From Mobula hypostoma (Eukaryota): a stretch of DNA of 64,000 bases. Below, in pieces: positions 39,701 through 51,700 of this stretch. A model generated the notes under the pieces. That model had not been told where the DNA came from, did no database searches, and saw only the letters and a list, made by a program, of their open reading frames with translations. Position numbers and translations under genes: made by a program. The stretch covers positions 53,322,001 through 53,386,000 of the forward strand of contig NC_086108.1 of the NCBI RefSeq assembly GCF_963921235.1, written 5' to 3'. Position 1 is the stretch's first letter. The number at the start of each line of letters is the position of its first letter.

Positions 39701-42700
39701 ATCGCTGCATCTGGCACGGAAGGGGTTAACCATGATTCCGTAAAACAAAGGACACACGTGTTCCTAATGTCCCTCTGATACAGCAGCCTAACTCTGAGAA
39801 CATCAGTTTTATTTACCAGAGACTGCATGTTTGCCAGCAAGATAGTTGGTATTGGGAGTCTAAAAAAATGAGGTTTTCAACTCACTTTCAGACTAGCACA
39901 TCGACTCCTCTTTCGCTGGCAGCTTTTTAAAGAGGCGGTGTGCTGGCCATAGTCCAGTATATTTCCGTCGGTTTTAAGCAGTGATGGCTTGTTCAATTGC
40001 ATTAGGACTTCATCACTGACTGTACACATCATAGATGCATTTATGGTTCTCAGTTGTAGCAGACTAAAATGAAAATATTTGATGTGTTCCATCATTTTCA
40101 ATGAGAGCTATTTTAAGAAATAAAATCTGAGTTTTAAAAATAAAAATATGGAAATATAGAATAGAGTCACAGAAATTTGCACAGAACGCCAGTTAAATTG
40201 CAACTGAAGTAGTTTGTCTATTTTGTAAATACCATTAGAATACCATTAAAGCCATCCCGAGCTTATAGCATACATTTCACAGATTCACTCGCAAAGTACC
40301 AAGGTAGAAAACAAGTTATGAGGAGAAAATGAAATTGCTGAAACAATTTCAATGGAACCAGAGAAGGCTAAGACAATTTTTAATGTTGATTTTGTTTTAA
40401 GTTTTTTTTCCTCTATAACTACCTCTATCCAGATCACATGCAAGTGACCTGGGTTATATGAGCTGTATTTAAGTGGTTTGGTGGGTCACATGTTCCCAGT
40501 GTCTTTGGTAATATCTGCTTGAACTGTTTGCTGGAATTTGTGTTACAGCAACCTCAGATGAATGTGGTTTGCAAATCTGTACAGGGTGTTTAATTATACA
40601 TTCACTTCACATCATACTTCCACATTCTGCACAGAAAACTTTGACACAAAGAAAAATCAACTGACACGACAGGGTTTCATGGAATTGAACCTGATGGAAG
40701 CCAATGATCGGGAAGGTGATCCAAGAGATCTCTGGATTACACTTGAATCAATGGGTTACAACAGAGCACTGGAAATGCAAGAGGTATGTGTTCCTTTAGC
40801 CTTAAAGCAATAAGTTGTCGACAATTTACAATAAGAGAGAAGGATGTGCTTAGTGGTGGGGTCCTGTTGAAGGTGGCAGAAGTTGCGGAGGATAATGTGT
40901 TGGATCTGGAGGTTAGTGGGGTGGTAGGTGAGGACAAGGGGAACTCTGTCCCTGTTGTGGTGGCGGGAGGATGGGGTGAGGGCTGAAGTGCGGGAAATAG
41001 AGGAGATGCGGGTGAGGGCATCATTGATGACAGCAGAAGGGAAACCATGATCCTTAAAGAAAGAGGACATTTGAGATGTCCTGGAACGGAAAACCTCATC
41101 CTCGGAGGAGATGCGGTGGAGACGGAGGAATTGGGAATAGGGAATGGCATTTTTGCATGTGGCGGGGTGGGAAGAGGTTTAGTTGAGGTAGTTATGAGAG
41201 TCAGTGGGCTTGTAGAAGATGTCAATGGACAGTCTGTCTCCAGAGATGGAGACCGAGAGATCAAGAAAGGGGAGAGAAGTGTCCGAGATAGACCAAGTGA
41301 ATTTGAGGGCTGGGTGGAAGTTAGAAGTAAAGTTGTTGAAATTGACGAGTTCAGCATGGGGGCAGGAAGCAGCACCAATGTAGTCGTCAATGTACCGAAG
41401 GAAAAGTTGGGGAGCAGTACCAGAATAGGTTTGGAGCACAGACTGTTCCACAAAACCAACAAAGAGGCAGGCATAGCTAGGGCCCATGCGAGTTCCCATA
41501 GCTACACCCTTGGTCTGAAGAAAGTGGGAAGAGCCAAAAGAGAAGTTATTGAGTGTGAGAACCAGTTCCACCAACTGGAAGAGGGTAGTGGTGGTGGGGA
41601 ACTGGTGAGGTCTATTATCCAGAAAGTAGCGGAGGGCTTTGAGGCCTTCTTCATGGGGAATGGAGGTGTATAGGGATTGGAAAGTCCCGACGAAGGGTTC
41701 CAGCCTGAAACGTCGACTCATCGTTTCCACGGATGCTGCCTGACCTGCTGCGTTCCTCCAGCATGTTGTGAGTGTTGCTTTGACCCCAGCATCTGCAGAT
41801 TATTTTGTGTTTACAATAAAAGAGAAATGTAATTCTAAAATTTTTCATGCTTTCAGGTGTATACATTTTATAATTTATTCTGGAACATTGTTATTGCTAG
41901 GTTTATTTAACATGTAAGAAGAAAACTTGTGTTTATAATGTGTATCAGGTTAAGATTTGCTTGTACTGAATGATCATTGATACTTCCTGTTTGTCCCTAA
42001 ATGCTACCTGACCTGCCGAGTATTTGTAGGTAATTTTCTTTTGGTAGTATTTTGCTTTTGCAACAGTGCTAGTGTACCTTTTTTAATTAAGCATTTAAAT
42101 TTAGAACATTAACCAATAGCAGACAGATTTACTGTATGTTGAGCTCCCAATTGTGAGTCAACTGCTACTGGAAAGGCATATTGCATAATTGTTTTGTTAG
42201 GTTATTAAGAATTTCAATAAATTAAGTTTCATAATCGTAGCTTGTAACTAGTATCATTGCCCCTCGTCAGAAATAATTCGCAATTGCACTGCGTATCTTT
42301 AGATTACATTCCATCTCAAGTTCTTCTAACTTTTGGTAGCTATGCCTTCAGTCTGTTAGGCCTGGGTTCCTTAATTCCCTTCATCAAGACTCATTCTTTC
42401 CCCCTCTGTTGTTCCTCAAAATCTAGATCTAACCAAGCTTTTGATTACTCTTTCAAGCTTTCAATTACTATAATTAAGCTTCTGTGTAGAGACTTTCTGA
42501 TGGTTTCTGAGATGAAAGATAATATATAAATGCAAATTATATATTTACTTCAGAGCATTGGTGTTTTTATTTATTAATTTCTCATTAAAGAATTTTTTTT
42601 ATATAGGCTTGTCCATTTGTTGTTGATATCTATGCAGAAGATAGCAAAATTAAGCTGACACCAATCAGTCTGGAAGCAGATGGAAGGCTCCTGAATTTAG

Positions 42701-45700
42701 TTATCTGCAAAAATGTCATAAGTAAAGGAGAAGCAAAAGCCATGAAGGGTTACAATGCATTGGTGATTTACACTTACAAGACTGATACAATAATCACTTC
42801 AGTAATTGAAAATAAAGTATGTATTAACTTTTTATTAGTTTAATTTGATTTTTGTAATACTTGTAGCATCTGCACATTTTGGCAATCTTTAATGCAAATT
42901 AAAATTACAGGAATTTTAAATCTGTGTTGGCTTTTGAATAAATCCCGTTTGTTTAAGGTAAAATTCTGGGTACTCCTTAATTCCAAATTACAGGCTAATG
43001 GAGCATAATCATCCACCATCATTTGTAGCTTGCTGGACTGCAGCGTATGCTCTTACATTTTGGTTGAAGAATGCTGCATTATATCACCTCATTTTCCAAA
43101 CTTATCTACTCTTAGTATTGTAAAACAATAGAAGGCATTGAATCCAGTAAAGGCAGTGGCTTTGTTTAATGTATTCTCAACATACCACTCAAGGCTTGTG
43201 GTTCAGAATTAGCTGTGCTTTGACCAGACTGCTCAAGTACAGATGTAGCAATGATGCTATCCCAACAAATTGGAAAATTTGTCGAAGTACAGGGGTGTGA
43301 GGTGTGGGATGAGTATGGTGGTGTAGTTGCAGTTCTGGGAAGAAAAGTCAGAGATACCAGTCATGTGGTTTTTGCTAAAAGGCAAAGTGAAGTTTTGGAG
43401 ATTTGTTTGGTTTGGTAATCACATCAAAATACTAAGGATATGGCCAATTTAAGAAGCTATTTGTCTAATTCCCATAAACCAAATCATTTCAATTACCCTC
43501 CCATAAGTGGATGCTAAGTCATCAACAGACTATTGGAAGGTGCTTCTTCCTCCTTAGCATTAGAGTAATAGAGGATTACAGCATAGATCCAATCTCTTCA
43601 ACCCATCTGGTTTGTTCAAACTGTTATTTTGCCTAGTCTGGTTGACCCACACCTGGACCATAGCTTGCCATACCCCTCCCATTTATGTACATATCCAAAC
43701 TTGTCTAAAATGTTACAGACAAACTCACACACCACTTCCCCTGGTAGCGCATTCTGCAGTTGCACCACCCTCTGACTGAAGAAGGCCCCCCCACCCCAGG
43801 TTTCCTTTAAATATTTCATCTTTCACCCTTAACCTATGACCTCTAGTTACTTGGATTGTTTTGTACTTTAAGCACTTTCTCTGTTTATTTCATAGCCATC
43901 ACTTCTGCTAGCAGCTTGTTCCACACTTGCACCACCTTTAAATATTTCACCTTTCACCCTTACTCTATCACCTCTAGTTAATTGGATTGTTGAGTAAGCA
44001 TTTTCTCATTTTATTTCATAAATCCAAGGAATTTATTGCTGCACAATTTTTGTTTTTTTTTGGTAACATTTTGATTCTATATTCCCTTTTTGCAGTCTGA
44101 AAGCAAAGTGATCATTCATGTGGACAACGAGAAAAGTAGGAACTGTGTCAGTAGTCGGGGTCTTAATACTTTTGCAATGGAAGTATCACCAAAGGCAACT
44201 ATGGTGAGTTGAATATGCAGAATTTAGAAGCAGAAACTATACAACAAGTTTGCAATTCCTTTGTAATGCACCATCAAATGAAACACTGTCTGATGCTCTG
44301 ATTCCTAGTACCACTATAGAAAATGAGGGATAATGTTTTATGTATTATTTGTTTTTTTAATTGGCCCAACAAGAGAGACCCACCTTGTTTTTTTCTGGAA
44401 GTACTGACCAATATTCTACCTGGGAAAACACCAATATATGCAGAAGGATCAATTGTTTCAATTGATATTCGTGTGAATGTTGTTGGGTATGTTGTCTACG
44501 CAATGATATTGATTGCTTTTGAAAGTTATTTATTTGATATGAACTGTTATAGTTATAGACAATTACAGCACAGAAACAGGCCCTTCTGCCCATTCGGTCC
44601 ATGCTGAAATATTCTGCCTAGTCCCTTTAACCTACCCCTGGACCACAGCCCTAAATACCCCTTTCATCCATGTACTTATCCAGACTTCTCAAATGTTGAA
44701 AGTACTCATATCCACAGCTTTTGTCCCACACTGTCACCTCCAGCTGAGTGAAATTCCCCCTCATGTCCCCTTGACAGTGGTGTCAAGAAAACAACCTCTT
44801 CCTCAATGTCGCAAAAACAAAGGAGCTGATTGTGAATTACAGGAGGAACGGAGACGGGCTAACCCCTATTGACATCAATGGATCTGGGGTTGAGAGGTTA
44901 AACAGCTTCAAGTTCCTCGGCTTCCACATCACCGAGGACTTCACACCAGCTGTGTGGTGAAAAAGGCACAACAGCGCCTCTTTCACCTCAGACGGTTGAG
45001 GAAGTTTGGTATGGGCCCCCAAATCTTAAGAACTTTCTACAGGGGCATAATTGAGAGCATCCTGACTGGCTGCATCACTGCCTGGAATGGGAACTGTACC
45101 TCCCTTATTTGCAGGACTCTGCAGAGAGTGGTGCGGACAGCCCAGCACATCAGTAGTTGTGAACTTCCCATGATTCAGGACATTTACAAGGGCAGGTGTG
45201 TAAAGAGGGCCCGAAGGGTCAATGGGGACCCAAGTCATCCCAACCACAATCTATTCCAGCTGCTACCATCCGGGAAACGGTACCACAGCATAAAAGCCAG
45301 GACCAACAGGCTCCGGGACAGCTTCTTCCACCAGCCCATCAGACTGATGAACTCAGGTTGACTTGAGTGTACTCTATATTACATTGACTATTTTATTTAT
45401 TATAAATTACTATGATTGCACATGGCACATTTAGATGGAGACGTAACTAAGATTTTTACTTCTCATGTTTGTGAAGGATATAAGAAATAAAGTCAATTTA
45501 ATTAAACATTTTACCTTTCACCTTAACTTATGTTCTCCAGTTCTAGTCTCACCCAACCTCAGTTGACAAAGCCTACCTGCATTTCCCCTATCTATACCAT
45601 TATAATTTTGTATTTCTCTATCATATCTCCCCTCATTCTCCTACACTCCAGGGAATAAAGTCCAAGCCTATTCAACCTTTCCCTGGAACTCAGGTCCCAG

Positions 45701-48700
45701 CAACATTGTTGTAAATTTTCTCTACTCTTTCAATCTTACTTTTATCATTCCTGTAGGTATGGTAGTTGATAAGAATTGTACATAATACTCCAAATTAGGC
45801 CTCACCAATGTCTTGTACCACTTCAACATAACATCCCAACTCCTGTACTCAATATTTTGATTTATGAAGGCCAATGTACCAAAAACGCTCTTTAAAGCCC
45901 TGCCTATCTGTGACACTACTTTTAAGAAATTATGGATCTGTATTCCCAGATCCCTCTGTTCTACTGCACTCCTCAATGCCTTGCCATTCACTGTGTAAGA
46001 CCTACCCTGGTTTGTCCTCCCAAAGTGCAACATGTCCCACTTGTCTGCATTAAATTCAATCTGCCATTTTCAGCCCATTCTTCCAGCTGGTCCAGATCCC
46101 ACTGCAAGCATTGATAGCCTTCCTTGCTGTCCACTATGCCTGCAATCTTGGTGTCATTCGCAAATTTGCTGATCTAGTTTACCACATTATCATCATGATC
46201 TTTGTTATTATGGACCCAGCACCAATTCCAAAGGCACACCACTCGTCACAAGCTTCCAGTCAGAGGGGCAATCCCTGTGTTCGGTAAGAGGGAACATTTC
46301 TCCCATGAAGCCAATGTCAAAACCAATTTACTAATAGGGGACCGAGCATCGCACTCTAATTGGGACCTCTATATATTGATTAAAGAAGTTTTCCTGAACA
46401 TATTTGACAAACTCCATCCTATCCAGCCATTGCATGTGGAAGTCTTAGTCAATATATGTAAAGTTAAAGTCATCTATTGTTACAACTTTGTTTCTTGCAA
46501 GTGTCTGCAATCTCTCTACAAATTGGTTCCTCTAAACTTTAGGCCACCTTGAGGCACTTTATTAATTTCATTTATTTGTTTCCCATATCAGTCCTTTCTT
46601 TGAACGGGTCAATTAATCATACACTTATATTGTGAGTTTAATATTACATTATACTTCAAATAACACTGTATGTCTGTTATTAATTTATGCAAGATTGATA
46701 TTGTCAAATTAATTATGGTCATATCTAATTTATTTCATCAATAAAAGGCAGTCTTATATTTGAGATTTGCAAGGTAAGGAAGAAAAAAAAGATTAATGTC
46801 TGGTAAATTGATCAAAAAGAATATTTCAGTACCCCCAAACAAATTCCCTGAGGAGTCAAGTACTGAATTCACGGCGTTTGAACTAAGAAACAATAGAAGT
46901 GTCAATACTACTGCATTTTTGTTATAGGTTGTTAACCAACAGAACAGTATATTTTGGGAGAAATTAAAGGGAGGACTAAGAACTATGGAGAAGTGATAAT
47001 GAGGAACTCCAAATTTCCTATTATAAACTTGGTAGTAAAACTGCAAAGGACAAAAGATAAGAAACAACATTTCAGGAATATTCAGAAGAATATGCTTAGT
47101 TAATCGATTACTGGTTCAATGAGAAGGAAATTATTGCTGGTTTTTGTTCTAAAAATATGCTGCATCAAATGGAACAAATATCACTGTGGAACATCTCAGA
47201 AGAACGGTTTCAGTAGCTAAGGAAAAGCATAAGGAACAATACAAAATTCAGGGGAAAAAATTGCAAGCAGTATGAAATTGGAAACAAAGATTGACAAATA
47301 CAATGTTTATTGAAAGATCAGACATTTAAAGAAAAAAGAGCTTGAGTAATGTTCAGATACATTATTAGGATGTGAAAGGTAGGGCAACAAATGCAGTACT
47401 CCCTGGATGGTGTGAGAGAAAGAAGGGGCATGTATAGAACGTGATTGTAATGACTTTTGGAAGGAAATTTTATTTTATTTTATTTTTTTGGCGTGTGCCT
47501 GCGGGCTTACGAGTCTGTGCATCTGCGTGTGCGTGCGTGTCTGTGCGTGTCCGTGATGATGTCTTTTTCATGGCTTTTACAAGGCACTGAGCAAGAGAGA
47601 GACTGTGTGACGCACCACTCTTCACACAGACATTTTCGCAGTATTTTCCCTTTTTTATTTTACACGGTTGAGTTGAGATCTCAACATTCAACCCGGTACG
47701 GATGGAAAGTATACTTGGGGGTGGACCCGACTAGTTTCGAACCCGGGAACCTCTGCTCCTGGGTCCGGCACCGATGTCGTTGCGCCACTAGTCGGCCCTG
47801 GAAGGAAATTTTAAACAAATCTATTTTTGCATTTATGCATCTTAAGCTGCTTATTGATGTTGAAAATTGGAATGCCACTACCGTCCCATCCTCCCTCCCC
47901 TTACAGCTGCCTGTGAGAGAAAGTAAGATAAAATTAGAGAATGATATTAAGAGAATGTGAGTAAAATACGTATTGGGCAAAGGAGAACCAGGTCAAAATT
48001 AGAAATATCTGGAGGAAATTGAAAAAGGAAATAAGAGGGGCAGAGACATTGTCTGATGGCAGATTAGCAGCTAACGTAAAAGGGAACTCTAAAGTCTCAA
48101 TCTACTGGATTATCATAGGAACATAGAAAATAGGTGCAGGAGTAGGCCATTTGGCCCTTCGAGCCTGCACTGCCATTCAGTATGATCATGGCTGATCATC
48201 CAACTCAGAACCCTGTACCTGCTTTCTCTCCATACCCCCTGATCCCTTTAGTCACAAGGGCCATATCTAACTCACTCTTAAATATAGCCAATGAACTGGC
48301 CTCAACTGTTTCCTGTGGCAGAGAATTCCACAGATTTACCACTCTCTGTGTGAAGAAATTTTTCCTCATCTCGATCCTGAAAGGCTTCCCCTTTATCTTT
48401 AAACTGTGACCCCTCGTTCTGGACTTCCCCAACATCGGGAATAATCTTCCTGCATCTAGCCTGTCCAATCCCTTTAGAATTTTATATGTTTCAGTAAGAT
48501 CCCCCCTCAGTCTTCCAAATTCCAGCGAGTATAAGCCTAGTCAATCCAGTCTTTCTTCATATGAAAGTCCTGCCATCCCAGGAATCAATCTGGTGAACCT
48601 TCTTTGTACTCCCTCTATGGCAAGAATGTCTTTCCTCAGATTAGGGGACCAAAACTGCACACAATACTCCAGGTGTGGTCTCACCAAGGCCTTGTACAAC

Positions 48701-51700
48701 TGCAGTAGTACCTCCCTGCTCCTGTACTCGAATCCTCTTGCTATGTATGCCAACATACCATTCGCCTTTTTCACCGCCTGTTGTACCTGCATGCCCACTT
48801 TCAATGACTGGTGTACAATGACACCCAAGTCTCGTTGCACCTCCCCTTTTCCTAATCGGCCACCATTCAGATAGTAATCTGTTTTCCTGTTCTTGCCACC
48901 AAAGTGGATAATCTCACATTTATCCACATTAAATTGCATCTGCCATGAATTCGCCCACTCACCTAACCTATCCAAGTCATCCTGCATCCTCTTAGCATCC
49001 TCCTCACAGCTAACACTGCCGCCCAGCTTCGTGTCATTCGCAAACTTGGAGATGCTGCATTTAATTCCCTCATCTAGCTCATCAATATATATTGTAAACA
49101 ACTGGGGTCCCAGCACTGAGCCTTTGCTCAGTCGTTGCCTGCCATTCTGAAAAGGTCCCGTTTATTCCCACTCTTCCTGTCTACCAACCAGTTCTCTATC
49201 CACATCAATACCATAGCCCCAATACCGTGTGCTTTAAGTTTGCACACTAATCTCCTGTATGGGACCTTGTCAAAAGCCTTTTGAAAATCCAAATATACCA
49301 CATCCACTGGTTCTCCCCTATCCACTCTACTAGTTACATTCTCAAAAAATTCTATAAGATTCGTCAGACATGATTTTCCTTTCACAAATCCATGTTGACT
49401 TTGTCCAATGATTTCACCACTTTCCAAATGTGCTGTTATCACATCTTTGATAACTGACTCTAGCATTTTCCCCACCACCGATGTCAGGCTAACCAGTCTA
49501 TATTTCCCCGGTTTCTCTCTCCCTCCTTTTTTAAAAAGCGGGGTTACATTAGCTACGCTCCGATCCTCAGGAACTAATCCAGAATCTAAAGAGCTTTGAA
49601 AAATTATCACTAATACATCCACTATTTTCTTGGACTACTTCCTTAAGCACTCTGGGATGCAGACCATCTGGTCCTGGGGATTTATCTGCCTTTAATTCCT
49701 TCAATTTACCTAACACCACTTCCCTATTAACATGTATTTCCCTCAGTTCCTCCATCTCACTAGACCCTCGATCCCCTACTATGTTCGTATTTCCAGAAGA
49801 TTATTTATGTCCTCCTTAGTGACAAGATTGCTAACCAACCCTTCCTCATTGCTCAATACCCAGTCTAGAATGGCCTGCTCTCTAGTTGGTTCCTCGACAT
49901 GTTGGTTCAGAAAACCATCCCGCATACATTCCAAGAAATCCTCTTCCTCAGCACCCTTACCAATTTGGTTCACTCAATCTATATGTAGATTGAAGTCACC
50001 CATTATAGCTGCTGTTCCTTTATTGCACGCATTTCTAATTTCCTGTTTAATGCCATCCCCAACCTCACTACTACAGGTGGCCTGTACACAACTCCCACCA
50101 GCGTTTTCTGCCACTTAGTGTTATGCAGCTCTACCCATATCGATTCCACGTCCTCCAGGCTAATGTCCTTCCTTTCTATTGCGTTAATCTCCTCTCTAAC
50201 CAGCAACGTTACCCCACCTCCTTTTCTTTCCTGTCTTACAATAAGAAAGGTAAGAATTGATCAGACGTAGTCACCATGGTTTTGTTGACGTGAGATCCTG
50301 TCAGACTGAGTTTTTTAAGAAAGTAAATAAAGATATTGATGAAGGCAATGTGGTAGTTTATGTATGTAGACTTCTGTAAAGCCTGTGAGAAGGTCCCACA
50401 TAGAAGGCAGGTCCAAAATTTAGAGCTCATGTGACCAAGGCAGATTGGTAAATTGGATCCAAAATTGGTTTGATAATAGGAGACTGGGTGAACCTGGAGG
50501 GTTACCTTTGTGATTGGAAATCTGTGACCAGCGGTGTACCGCGGGGCTTAATTCTGGGATCAGAGGTGTTTGTTGAAAATGTGAAGGACTGATGATGAGA
50601 AGGGTAAGTTTTGCCACAGAATGATGTCATCAGTTAGTAGGTTGGGCAGGGCAATGGCAGAGAGAACTTAAGTCAAAAACAAGAGAAAATCTAAGCCTGG
50701 GTTTATTGTTAAATGTACAAAGTAGGGTGAGGTACAAGTACAATGAAAAACATGTTTACAGCAGCATCACAGGCCTGTAGAATCAGATGATACACATAAA
50801 TTGTACAAGGCAGTGGGAAAAATGAATGTGCAAAACAAGACATAAGCAGGGAAAAAAACAGTCAGAGACAAGTCCATGCTAGTACATGTCAAACGTGAAG
50901 TCATGCATTGGAGTGGCGGGGTGGGTTAATACGGGTGGAACACATACCTTGGGCATAGCGAGGAACTAGACAGTTTGGGCTGGTTTTCCTTGAAGCAGAG
51001 AAGTCAGGCGGGGTGGCGGGAAACAAAATAAAGATGTACAAAATTATGAGAAACATTGATAAGATAGAGAGCAACGATCCATTTCTTGGGGCAAAGTGTG
51101 TAAGACTAGAGTATATAGGTTTAAGCCGAAGTTTAGAGGGGATCTAAGGAAGAATTTCTTTCACCTAGATAGTGGTTGCAGTCTGAAATGTTCTGCTTGA
51201 GAACTTGGCGGAGGCAAGTACCCTTACAACACTTAAGAAACATCCAGATAAGCACCTGAACCATCAGGCACAAAAGTGCTGGAAAATTGGATGAGAATGG
51301 ATTGATACTACTAGTTAGTATATAGATATGGTGGGAAGAAGGCCCTGGTTTTCAGCTGTATGGCTGACTCTTTCAGAGGTAGATAAATGGGTATTAAGAG
51401 GTGGTGGACAAGAGTGCATCATTAATTAGTAACCAAATAGATATTAAATATGGATGCAGGTGGTAATGATTCTGAATGTGTACATATTTGTGATTACCAA
51501 AGAATCAGAATTAGGTTTATTTTCACCGGCATGTGACGTGATATTTGTTAACTTTGCAGCAGCAGTTCAATCTAGGAGAGAGAGGGAGGGAGAGAGAGAG
51601 AGGAGTAAAATAAAACAATAATAAGTAAGTAAATCAATTACATATATTGAATAGATTTTTTTTAATGTGCAAAATCAGAAATACTGTATATTAAAAAAAG

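Larger units (their letters stand above)
46900..51370 (+). mobile_element. old fragmented CR1 acting as host for later insertions
   Basis: Pieces: gaggaactccaaatttcctattataaacttgg (~47000); gtcaccatggttttgttgac and gtagacttctgtaaagcctgtgagaaggtccc (50270-50400); aagaatttctttcacctagatagtgg (51150) and a CR1 tail at ~51325-51370. Confidence 0.6.

Noticed and set aside
30289..40634. Possible U12-type intron, given the weak pyrimidine tract before exon 40635
   Set aside because: The donor is GTGAGG rather than RTATCCTT, and no TCCTTAAC branch site lies near the acceptor.
40737..41673. 245-aa (-) and 208-aa (+) ORFs
   Set aside because: Alternative-frame and antisense shadows of the PLE RT sequence.
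12948..41718. Recurrent ~36-bp partly palindromic motif as a CRISPR repeat
   Set aside because: Copies are dispersed, on both strands, embedded in longer homologous TE sequence, and have no regular spacers or cas genes; the DNA is eukaryotic.
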